A DNA stretch of 64,000 bases from Bacillales bacterium (GTDB lineage Bacteria > Bacillota > Bacilli > CAJFEE01): positions 580,497 to 644,496 of the forward strand of contig JAQSYP010000001.1 in NCBI GenBank assembly GCA_029256085.1, written 5' to 3'. This document shows, piece after piece, positions 1-7,841 of the stretch. The notes under the pieces were generated by a model that worked only from the letters and a program-made list of their open reading frames with translations, was not told the origin of the DNA and did not search any database. Positions within the stretch are counted from its first letter, which is position 1. Every line of letters begins with the position of its first letter. The translations under genes and the position numbers were made by a program.

Positions 1-69
1 AGCAATTCAAATCAACAGGATGATTTAGATGTACCTGCGTTCTTAAGAAATAGAAATCGCAGAAGATAA
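1..69 (+). CDS. ftsZ: Cell division protein FtsZ, C-terminal end (partial)
   Basis: Frame 1 reads SNSNQQDDLDVPAFLRNRNRRR*, the conserved FtsZ C-terminal peptide; upstream of spoIIGA as in Bacillus. Confidence 0.93.
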   Translation, partial: SNSNQQDDLDVPAFLRNRNRRR

Positions 70-84
70 CTATATATTGAACAT

Positions 85-129
85 AAGCCTGTCCACAATA
101 ACCGTTTCGGTTTTGGGGACAGGCTTTTT
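85..129 (+). terminator. Intrinsic terminator after ftsZ
   Basis: AAGCCTGTCC...GGACAGGCTT stem followed by T-run. Confidence 0.85.
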
Positions 130-131
130 GT

Positions 132-281
132 AGATTAAAAATCATTGTCATGGATCAAAAAAGTTTATTTTTGGATTAAAAAATCATTGTCATGGATCAA
201 AAAAGTTTATTTTTGGATTAAAAAATCACTATCTTGGATTAAAAAATTTATTTTTGGATTAAAAAATAATTAGTTTGGATT
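132..281. repeat. 21-bp tandem repeat array (~7 units, alternating unit types giving 42-bp higher-order period)
   Basis: GGATYAAAAAA-type unit starts at 152,173,194,215,236,256 (partial units at 132 and 277); units 152-172 and 194-214 identical. Confidence 0.9.
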
Positions 282-452
282 ATAACTGTTTTTTGCTACA
301 TGTTTTCAATTAGTAAAGCCAGTGTTATTTATTTTTCACTGCGCAAAAATTTGTTGAATTTTGCTAGTAAACGAGATTATGCAAATAATAATGTGATTTT
401 TGACCAAACATGTTGAAAATGGTCATGAAACAAATTTTAAATTATGCAAATT

Positions 453-486
453 ATGACAGACTCTGATAAATAGAATTTACTATACT
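453..486 (+). promoter_or_regulatory. Spo0A-activated sigma-A promoter of spoIIG operon
   Basis: ATGACA (453-458), 22-bp spacer, TATACT (481-486); the long spacer and GACAGACT...TATACTT match the B. subtilis PspoIIG architecture. Confidence 0.75.
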
Positions 487-539
487 TAGTTTATGCTTAT
501 TTATTATGACAATTATCTATTTCTGAAAGAATTGATGTT

Positions 540-1451
540 ATGGTAATCTATCTGGATTTAATTTTTCTAATGAACTTTTTATTCGATTCTATTTTACTTA
601 TGATAACTTCTTATCTAATAGGTAAAAAATTACCATTTTATAAGATTATTATTGGAGGTTTAATAGCAGCAACTTATGTAATTATAATTGTCTATCAATC
701 AAATGATTTCCTAACTAGTACATATTTTAAATTAATCTATTCTATTTTCATTATATTAGCTACGTTTGGGTATCAAACGGTAAACAAGTTGCTAACAAGT
801 CTAGTCTATTTTTATTTATCCACGTTCACTCTTGGGGGAATACTTCTAGGAATTAACTATTTTATAACAACATCAATTATTTACGAAATCGGTTACATTA
901 ATATAATCTATAAGTCAGAAAATATATCTCTAATCTTCATTTTATTTTGTTTCCCAATTGCTTCATACCTATATCTGAAATACTTTACAATGTCAAAAGA
1001 GATTAGATCACTATCTAACATAATCTATGATGTAGAGATATCTTTTAAGAATTCAATTATAAAATGTAGAGGTCTACTTGATACTGGAAATAACTTATCA
1101 GACCCTTTACTAATGTTGCCAGTCATAGTAGTTGATCAAATCTCAATACAAGAACAATTGGACGATAGGTTAATAGAAATACTTAAACAATGGGAAAAAA
1201 ATATGCAATTACCAGATACTGAAAATTGCTTTGTGAATGGGATTAAACTAATACCTTTTTCGGCAATTGGTAGCAATAATAAGATATTAATTGGATACGT
1301 AGTTAATTACATAAAAATTGAAAACAATTTAGAAAAGTATTCATGTGAAAAAGCAATTGTAGCATTTAGTACAACAAGGATTTCAGCAGAAAAGAACTTC
1401 CAATGTATCCTACATCCAAAATGCTTAAGTGATGTAACTAAAATAGCTTAG
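540..1451 (+). CDS. spoIIGA: Pro-sigmaE processing aspartic peptidase SpoIIGA
   Basis: MVIYLDLIFL N-terminus, multi-TM region, catalytic LDTGN motif; directly upstream of sigE. Confidence 0.95.
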   Translation: MVIYLDLIFLMNFLFDSILLMITSYLIGKKLPFYKIIIGGLIAATYVIIIVYQSNDFLTSTYFKLIYSIFIILATFGYQTVNKLLTSLVYFYLSTFTLGGILLGINYFITTSIIYEIGYINIIYKSENISLIFILFCFPIASYLYLKYFTMSKEIRSLSNIIYDVEISFKNSIIKCRGLLDTGNNLSDPLLMLPVIVVDQISIQEQLDDRLIEILKQWEKNMQLPDTENCFVNGIKLIPFSAIGSNNKILIGYVVNYIKIENNLEKYSCEKAIVAFSTTRISAEKNFQCILHPKCLSDVTKIA

Positions 1452-1464
1452 GAGGAATTGCTAA

Positions 1465-2181
1465 ATGAAATTCTTGTTCAAATTAAAACTTACGTGGTAT
1501 AGATTACTTATTAAACTTGGCCTGAAAAGTAAGGAAGTTTATTATATTGGAGGAAGTGAAGCTTTACCACCACCTCTTTCAAAGGATGAAGAGGAAATTT
1601 TATTAAATAGGTTGCCAAATGGCGATGAAGCTGCTAGGGCAATTCTAATAGAAAGAAATTTGCGTTTAGTAGTTTATATAGCTAGAAAATTTGAAAATAC
1701 GGGGATAAATATTGAAGATTTAATTTCAATCGGCACAATCGGTTTAATAAAAGCAGTGAATACGTTTAATCCAGAGAAAAAAATTAAACTTGCAACATAT
1801 GCATCTAGGTGTATTGAAAATGAGATTTTAATGTTCTTAAGAAGAAATAACAAAATCAGATCTGAAGTATCATTTGATGAACCTCTTAATATTGATTGGG
1901 ATGGAAATGAATTATTGCTATCTGACGTTTTAGGGACGGATGAGGACATTATTACGAAGGATTTAGAAGCATCAATTGATAGAAACCTTTTAATGAGAGC
2001 ATTATTTCAGTTAAATGATAGAGAAAAACAAATTATGGAATTGAGATTTGGATTAGATGGTTCTGATGAAAAAACACAGAAGGATGTAGCTGATTTACTA
2101 GGCATTTCTCAGTCATATATTTCTAGATTAGAAAAGAGAATTATTAAAAGACTAAAACGTGAATTTAACAAAATGGTTTGA
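1465..2181 (+). CDS. sigE: Sporulation sigma factor sigma-E (with pro-sequence)
   Basis: Basic pro-peptide then [29 protein letters not shown]. Confidence 0.98.
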   Translation: MKFLFKLKLTWYRLLIKLGLKSKEVYYIGGSEALPPPLSKDEEEILLNRLPNGDEAARAILIERNLRLVVYIARKFENTGINIEDLISIGTIGLIKAVNTFNPEKKIKLATYASRCIENEILMFLRRNNKIRSEVSFDEPLNIDWDGNELLLSDVLGTDEDIITKDLEASIDRNLLMRALFQLNDREKQIMELRFGLDGSDEKTQKDVADLLGISQSYISRLEKRIIKRLKREFNKMV

Positions 2182-2232
2182 TTTGTATTAAATATTGAAA
2201 ATAATCTTAATAATCGAACTCATTTTTTAACT

Positions 2233-2289
2233 GCATAAATTTCCCTTCTATGGAGATACTTTACTCTGACAGCAACTCCTAAGTAGGAG
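2233..2289 (+). promoter_or_regulatory. sigma-F/G promoter of sigG plus RBS-sequestering hairpin
   Basis: GCATAA (2233) and GGAGATACTT (2252) as in B. subtilis PsigG; CTCCT-AAGT-AGGAG hairpin (2276-2289) overlaps the RBS; TTG start. Confidence 0.7.
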
Positions 2290-2297
2290 GGAATAAC

Positions 2298-3077
2298 TTG
2301 ACAAGAAATAAGGTTGAAATCTGTGGTGTAGATACTTCAAAACTTCCTGTAATAAAGAATGATGTAATGAAACAACTTTTCATTCAATTACAGAGTGGAG
2401 ATACTTCTGCAAGAGAAGAACTTGTATACGGCAATCTCCGCTTAGTGTTAAGTGTAATTCAAAGATTCAACAATCGAGGCGAGTATGTAGATGATTTATT
2501 TCAAGTCGGTTGTATTGGTTTAATGAAATCAATCGATAACTTTGACTTATCTCATAATGTCAAGTTCTCGACTTACGCAGTACCAATGATTATTGGAGAA
2601 ATTAGAAGATATTTACGTGATAATAATCCAATAAGAGTTTCTAGATCATTACGAGACATTGCTTATAAGGCTTTGCAAGTTCGTGAAAGATTATTAAGCA
2701 CAACTCTTCGTGAACCTACACCAGAAGAAATTGCTAAAGAGCTAGAAGTAAATCAAGAGGATATTGTATTTGCACTTGATGCTATTCAAGATCCGGTTTC
2801 ATTGTTTGAGCCTATTTATAATGACGGTGGTGATCCGATTTTTGTAATGGATCAATTAAGTGATGAGAAAAATAAGGATCAACAATGGATTGATGAGCTT
2901 GCTTTACGTGAAGGTCTTAGAAGATTAAATGAACGTGAAAAAATGATTATTAGAAAACGGTTTTTCCAAGGTAAAACACAAATGGAAGTTGCTGACGAAA
3001 TAGGAATATCTCAAGCCCAAGTATCACGTCTTGAAAAAGCTGCGATTAAACAAATGAATAAAAATATTCAGGGTTAA
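2298..3077 (+). CDS. sigG: Sporulation sigma factor sigma-G
   Basis: MTRNKVEICGVDTSKLP signature N-terminus. Confidence 0.98.
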   Translation: MTRNKVEICGVDTSKLPVIKNDVMKQLFIQLQSGDTSAREELVYGNLRLVLSVIQRFNNRGEYVDDLFQVGCIGLMKSIDNFDLSHNVKFSTYAVPMIIGEIRRYLRDNNPIRVSRSLRDIAYKALQVRERLLSTTLREPTPEEIAKELEVNQEDIVFALDAIQDPVSLFEPIYNDGGDPIFVMDQLSDEKNKDQQWIDELALREGLRRLNEREKMIIRKRFFQGKTQMEVADEIGISQAQVSRLEKAAIKQMNKNIQG

Positions 3078-3106
3078 GCATAAGGGAATTATCCTTATGC
3101 TTTTTT
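3076..3106 (+). terminator. Intrinsic terminator after sigG
   Basis: AAGCATAAGG/CCTTATGCTT stem plus T-run. Confidence 0.85.
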
Positions 3107-3155
3107 ATTTTGTTCTTGCATATAAATTATTAACAAAGACTTTGGGGGTAATTAA

Positions 3156-3434
3156 ATGATCAGGATTTCTGATTTTCAAACAAAAGATGTAGTGAATGTT
3201 TCTGATGGAAAGAAACTTGGCAATATATCAGATCTAGACATTAATTTAGAAACAGGTAAAATTAGATCCATTATAATTTATAGATCCCAGCGTGTCCTTG
3301 GTCTCTTTGGAAAAGATGAAGACTTGATAATATCCTGGGACAATATTGTCAAAATAGGTACGGATGTTATCCTAGTTAAATATTCCCCAATTTACGAGGC
3401 AAATGATTTTAAAGAAAAAAGTTTTAAAGATTAA
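3156..3434 (+). CDS. ylmC: YlmC/YmxH family PRC-barrel sporulation protein
   Basis: RISDFQTKDVVNVSDGKKLG...IVKIGTDVILV; synteny. Confidence 0.93.
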   Translation: MIRISDFQTKDVVNVSDGKKLGNISDLDINLETGKIRSIIIYRSQRVLGLFGKDEDLIISWDNIVKIGTDVILVKYSPIYEANDFKEKSFKD

Positions 3435-3522
3435 AACATTGTGTTAACTTTAAAAAAGTTATAAAATTTAGAGTAAATTTATGGTAAAATGTAAAATAAA
3501 GTCGAAGTAAAGGATGTAGTTT

Positions 3523-4341
3523 ATGGAGATTTTTTCTACTGTAAAGAATTACTTAACCTTAAACCAATTCCCATTTAATAATTCAAACTTAGTTATTGGT
3601 TTTTCGACACGAAATGGTGGCAATTCAAGTAGTCATTTCAGCACAAATAATTTAGGACTACACGTTAATGATAGTTATGAGAAAGTTATACATAACCGGA
3701 ATGAATTTGCTAAAAATATTAACTTTCCATTGTCAAAATGGGTTTGTGTAGATCAAGTTCATGGTAATAATATAGTTAAAATTAATAAATCTCATAAGGG
3801 AATGGGAAGTACACACTATAGTGAAAATGTAGGCAAATACGACGCTATGTATACTTGTGAAAGTGACATATTATTAGTAACTTTCTATGCAGATTGTGTT
3901 CCGATTTATTTTTATGTCCCAAATCGAAATTGTATAGCATTAGCACACGCTGGTTGGAAAGGCACTGCCCTTGGTGTAGGGTTAAACCTACTTACTAAAC
4001 TAATGAAAGACGAAAATATTTCACCAGAGGATATCCATGTAGTAATTGGTCCATCAATTGGTAGCTGTTGTTACGAGGTAAATAAAGAAGTAATAGATTC
4101 TATTAATGAATTGATTGTTAGACCGACAGATAATTTTTATATGACGATTGATAAAAATAAATACAAGTTAGATTTAAAACTAGCAAATAAACTTTTACTA
4201 ATGCAATTAGGTGTAAAAGAAGAAAATATTTATGTTACGAATTACTGCACTAGTTGTTCAAGTGATTTATTTTTCTCTTATAGAAGAGACAAAAATAAAA
4301 CTGGTAGAATGATGAGTTTTATAGGATTTAAGGAGGAGTAA
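3523..4341 (+). CDS. ylmD: PgeF/YfiH family purine nucleoside phosphorylase (peptidoglycan editing factor)
   Basis: QVHG, ADCVP, HAGWKG, GPSIG and FFSYRR motifs. Confidence 0.93.
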   Translation: MEIFSTVKNYLTLNQFPFNNSNLVIGFSTRNGGNSSSHFSTNNLGLHVNDSYEKVIHNRNEFAKNINFPLSKWVCVDQVHGNNIVKINKSHKGMGSTHYSENVGKYDAMYTCESDILLVTFYADCVPIYFYVPNRNCIALAHAGWKGTALGVGLNLLTKLMKDENISPEDIHVVIGPSIGSCCYEVNKEVIDSINELIVRPTDNFYMTIDKNKYKLDLKLANKLLLMQLGVKEENIYVTNYCTSCSSDLFFSYRRDKNKTGRMMSFIGFKEE

Positions 4342-4347
4342 ATTAAT

Positions 4348-5025
4348 TTGACTGTTCAAGAAAATTACGAGAAAATAATGTTAGAAATAGAAGAAACTTG
4401 TAAGATAGTCGGAAGAGATCCTAAATCAATAAAACTTATAGCTGTTACGAAATATGTATCTACTAGTAGAGCAATAGAAGCAATAAGAGTCGGTATTAAA
4501 CACATCGGAGAAAATCGGAGTGAGGGATTAAAATCAAAAAGGGATGCAATAAAAGCAGATGTTAGTTGGCATTTTATTGGTTCACTACAAACAAGAAAAG
4601 TAAAAGAAATATTAGATCAAGTTGATTACATACATTCACTCGATAGATTATCATTAGCAGAAGAAATTCAAAAAAGAGCATCAAGTTGTATTAAGTGTTT
4701 TGTCCAAGTTAATACTTCAGGAGAGAAAACAAAGCAAGGTCTAGCAATTGAAGAGGTTGACGGATTTTTAAATTCAATCAAAGATTTCGACAACCTTCAG
4801 GTTATTGGATTAATGACCATGGCCCCATACACAAATGATGAAGATATAATTAGAAACAGTTTTAAAGAGTTAAGACTTTTAAGAGATTTAATTACTAATA
4901 AAAATTATAAAAATGCTCCGTGTACTTTTCTTTCAATGGGAATGTCAAACGATTATAAGATTGCTATTGAAGAAGGTGCAACTCATATTAGGATAGGTAG
5001 TTTATTAGTTGGAGAGGAAATATAA
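4348..5025 (+). CDS. ylmE: YggS family PLP homeostasis protein
   Basis: [25 protein letters not shown] motifs. Confidence 0.95.
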   Translation: MTVQENYEKIMLEIEETCKIVGRDPKSIKLIAVTKYVSTSRAIEAIRVGIKHIGENRSEGLKSKRDAIKADVSWHFIGSLQTRKVKEILDQVDYIHSLDRLSLAEEIQKRASSCIKCFVQVNTSGEKTKQGLAIEEVDGFLNSIKDFDNLQVIGLMTMAPYTNDEDIIRNSFKELRLLRDLITNKNYKNAPCTFLSMGMSNDYKIAIEEGATHIRIGSLLVGEEI

Positions 5026-5038
5026 GGGAGGCAGTTAT

Positions 5039-5470
5039 ATGTTTAGCAAATTAAAAAACTTTTTAGCGTTAAGTGATGATGAAATAGAAGAGTATGATGA
5101 TTACGAACAAGAGAAAGAATATCAAGAAAAGCCATTTGTAAATAAGTCTCCTAAAGCTAATGTTGTGAGTTTAAGCTCTGTTCAACAGCAAGCTAAAGTA
5201 ATTCTTTTAGAACCACGTTCATATTCTGAGGCGCAAGATATTGCAGATCATTTAAAGAATAGAAGATCAGTTGTTATTAATCTACAAAGAATGAACAGTG
5301 ATCAGGCAAAAAGAATGGTAGATTTTTTAAGTGGAACAGTGTATGCAGTTGGAGGAGATATCCAAAAACTTGGTGTTCAAACTTTTATTTGTACACCTGA
5401 TAATGTAGATTTATCTGGAACAATAACTGAGTCAATTGCGTCTGAAGATCGCAATGATATAAGGTGGTAA
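5039..5470 (+). CDS. sepF: Cell division protein SepF
   Basis: [21 protein letters not shown] motifs; start moved to ATG 5039 after GGGAGG. Confidence 0.95.
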   Translation: MFSKLKNFLALSDDEIEEYDDYEQEKEYQEKPFVNKSPKANVVSLSSVQQQAKVILLEPRSYSEAQDIADHLKNRRSVVINLQRMNSDQAKRMVDFLSGTVYAVGGDIQKLGVQTFICTPDNVDLSGTITESIASEDRNDIRW

Positions 5471-5474
5471 TTTA

Positions 5475-5738
5475 ATGAGTTTTTTATTTGACATTTTAAG
5501 TAACGTGCTAAGTATTTATATGTATGCGTTAATAATATACATTTTAATGTCTTGGTTTCCACAAGCACGTGACACTGCATTTGGGAGAATTCTTGCTAAT
5601 ATTTGTGAGCCGTATTTAGAACCATTTAGGAAATTTATTCCTCCTTTAGGTATGTTCGATATCTCACCAATTGTTGCAATTTATGCATTACAGCTTGCTC
5701 AACATGGGTTAAGACAAGTTTTTATAATGTTGACCTAA
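5475..5738 (+). CDS. ylmG: YggT family membrane protein
   Basis: ILMSWFP, EPYL.PFR, DISPIVA. Confidence 0.93.
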   Translation: MSFLFDILSNVLSIYMYALIIYILMSWFPQARDTAFGRILANICEPYLEPFRKFIPPLGMFDISPIVAIYALQLAQHGLRQVFIMLT

Positions 5739-5773
5739 GGTTCAATTTTAAAATTTTTATTAATATAAGAGCT

Positions 5774-5824
5774 ACGAGCTAATAATGACTGGGGAACGCT
5801 AGCCAATTTTAGCTCGTTTTTTTT
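5774..5824 (+). terminator. Long hairpin terminator between ylmG and ylmH
   Basis: ACGAGCTAA/TTAGCTCGT stem with T8 run. Confidence 0.7.
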
Positions 5825-5883
5825 AGTTTAAAAGAAATTATAGGCTCCTGCGTGTTTATACGCTATAAGTTCCTTCAAATAGG

Positions 5884-5904
5884 ACTTGGCAAAGCCAGCC
5901 AAGT
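5884..5904. repeat. CTTGGC/GCCAAG hairpin repeat copy 1
   Basis: ACTTGGC AAAGCCA GCCAAGT; related copies at 23806, 30568, 30595, 42375. Confidence 0.7.
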
Positions 5905-5961
5905 TTATTTATATACACTTTTTTAGGAAACCAACTTCTTTTTTTAAAGGGATGATTTTTT

Positions 5962-6735
5962 TTGGACATTTATAGTCATTTTAGAAAAGATGAAAAAGAT
6001 TTTATTGATTATATATTAGATTTGAAAGATATTGTGGAAAATCAATTCATTATTAAAAGGACAAGCTTTCTAACGCCTAGGGAGCAAAATATTATGATGT
6101 CTATCATTGGATTAAAAGGCCAATTAGGTGTCAAATTTAACGGAGGACTTGAAAATACTGAAAGAAAAAGGGGAATTATTTATCCAGAGTATTTACCAGT
6201 AGATGAAAGTGACTTTATGTTAACTTTTTTTGAGGTAAAATATCCCACTAAATTTCATGCTATTGATCATAGGGACGTTCTAGGATCACTAATGGCACTA
6301 GGATTAAAAAGAGAAAAATTTGGAGATATTTTAATTAAAGATAATCGAATTCAATTAGTGGTAGCATCCGAAATTGCGAGTTATATTAAACTACAGATTA
6401 AACAAATTGGTAAAAGTCCAGTTGATATTTATGAGATTGATAAAAAAGATTTAATTGAGACTGGTAATGAATGGATTGAAAAAAAAGGTACTATTTCTTC
6501 AAATAGATTAGATGTGGTACTATCTGAGGTATATAATTTATCTAGACAAAAATCACAAGATTTTATTAGAAGTAAAAACGTTCAGGTAAATTATAAAATA
6601 ATAGAAAAGCAGGACTATTTAGTAGAAAATGATGATTTAATATCGCTTAGAAAACATGGAAGAGTAAAAATTTTGTCAATTTGTGAAAAAACAGCAAAAG
6701 ACAGGCTAAGAGTTGTTTACTCAACCCTTAGATAG
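5962..6735 (+). CDS. ylmH: YlmH S4-domain RNA-binding protein
   Basis: FLTPRE, HRDVLGSLM.LG.KREK.GDI, C-terminal S4 domain. Confidence 0.93.
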   Translation: MDIYSHFRKDEKDFIDYILDLKDIVENQFIIKRTSFLTPREQNIMMSIIGLKGQLGVKFNGGLENTERKRGIIYPEYLPVDESDFMLTFFEVKYPTKFHAIDHRDVLGSLMALGLKREKFGDILIKDNRIQLVVASEIASYIKLQIKQIGKSPVDIYEIDKKDLIETGNEWIEKKGTISSNRLDVVLSEVYNLSRQKSQDFIRSKNVQVNYKIIEKQDYLVENDDLISLRKHGRVKILSICEKTAKDRLRVVYSTLR

Positions 6736-6801
6736 ATAGTATAATAAGAAAAGTACATAAATACTTACATTTTCATACAAATTTTGCGGGGGTGTCTTTA
6801 T

Positions 6802-7323
6802 ATGTCGTTAACACCGTTGGATATTCATAACAAGGAATTTACTAGGGGCTTTAGAGGTTACGTAGAGGACGAAGTTAATGAGTTCCTTGATCAAGTTATA
6901 AAAGACTATGAATTAGTAATTAGAGAAAAGAAAGAACTTGAAGAGAAAGTAAGAGATCTAAATTCTAAATTGGATCATTTTAGTAGTATTGAGAATACAT
7001 TAAATAAATCAATTGTAATTGCTCAAGAAGCAGCTGAAGATGTAAAAAGAAATGCAACACAAGAATCTAAATTGATTTTAAAAGAAGCTGAAAAAAATGC
7101 TGATCGTATAATTAACGAAGCATTATCAAAATCTCGCAAAGTTATTTTAGAAATCGAAGAATTAAAGAAGCAATCAAAAGTTTTCAAAACAAGATTTAAA
7201 ATGCTAATAGAAGCACAGTTAGATTTAATTAATAGTGGTGATTGGGAAAAGCTTATGGAATTTGAGCCTGAGAAACCTGACACAACATTTTCAACTAAAG
7301 AAGATATGCAATTAATTGACTAA
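6802..7323 (+). CDS. divIVA: Cell division protein DivIVA
   Basis: MSLTPLDIHNKEFTRGFRGY..DEVNEFL; start moved to ATG 6802. Confidence 0.97.
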   Translation: MSLTPLDIHNKEFTRGFRGYVEDEVNEFLDQVIKDYELVIREKKELEEKVRDLNSKLDHFSSIENTLNKSIVIAQEAAEDVKRNATQESKLILKEAEKNADRIINEALSKSRKVILEIEELKKQSKVFKTRFKMLIEAQLDLINSGDWEKLMEFEPEKPDTTFSTKEDMQLID

Positions 7324-7344
7324 TTTGCTGTTCTTAAGTAAAAT
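7316..7344 (+). promoter_or_regulatory. sigma-A promoter of ileS leader
   Basis: TTGACT-17bp-TAAAAT. Confidence 0.7.
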
Positions 7345-7361
7345 AGCATACTAGATAATTA

Positions 7362-7587
7362 AAACATTGACGGGAAAAGTAATTTTAACATTTAGTAAAG
7401 CGAGTCAAGGATGGTGTAAGCTTGGCCAATAGTGTTAATATGAAAATCATCCTTGAGTGCTTATTCGAACATAGTAGAATAAGCCGTTAGTTCACGTTAC
7501 GAGCATTAAGTGGATTTCATAATGAAATCAATTTGAGTGGCACCACGGGATAACTCTCGTCTCATTTGAGATGGGAGTTTTTATTTT
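7362..7587 (+). ncRNA. Ile T-box riboswitch
   Basis: Stem I with GGTG loop; specifier ATC at 7446-7448 after GAAA; AGTA and GCCGTTA motifs; T-box AATTTGAGTGGCACCACGG (7530-7548); terminator 7552-7587. Confidence 0.93.
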
Positions 7588-7593
7588 GGCTAA

Positions 7594-7804
7594 TAGGAAA
7601 GTATAAACTTCTGAGTAGTTCATACTTTCCTAACGCATAGGTGCAACTACGTCTCTGCCGTCGCTTTAAAGGCTCGGCAATCGACGAGTTTTTATGTGAA
7701 AATAAAAAATTGTTGTGCTAAAAGTAGAGGACACTTAAAAAATCGTCAAACATATTATTGATGTTCAAGAATCTGCGGGAAAAGTATACTTTTCCCCTAG
7801 GGGA
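7594..7804. repeat. Cluster of intergenic hairpin repeats in the ileS leader
   Basis: TAGGAAAGTAT...ATACTTTCCTA (7594-7632), GCTCGGCAATCGACGAGT hairpin (~7672-7689), perfect palindrome GGGAAAAGTATACTTTTCCC (7777-7796), TCCCCTAGGGGA (7793-7804). Confidence 0.7.
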
Positions 7805-7841
7805 TAGCTGACCAATTGAGATTTATTTAGGAGGATTTAAA

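Noticed and set aside
150..221. Two identical mini-ORFs MDQKSLFLD* (ATG at 150 and 192) in the array
   Set aside because: No RBS; a by-product of the 42-bp repeat.
132..281. Tandem array as a CRISPR array
   Set aside because: Period is only 21 bp, the variable parts recur rather than being unique spacers, and there are no cas genes.
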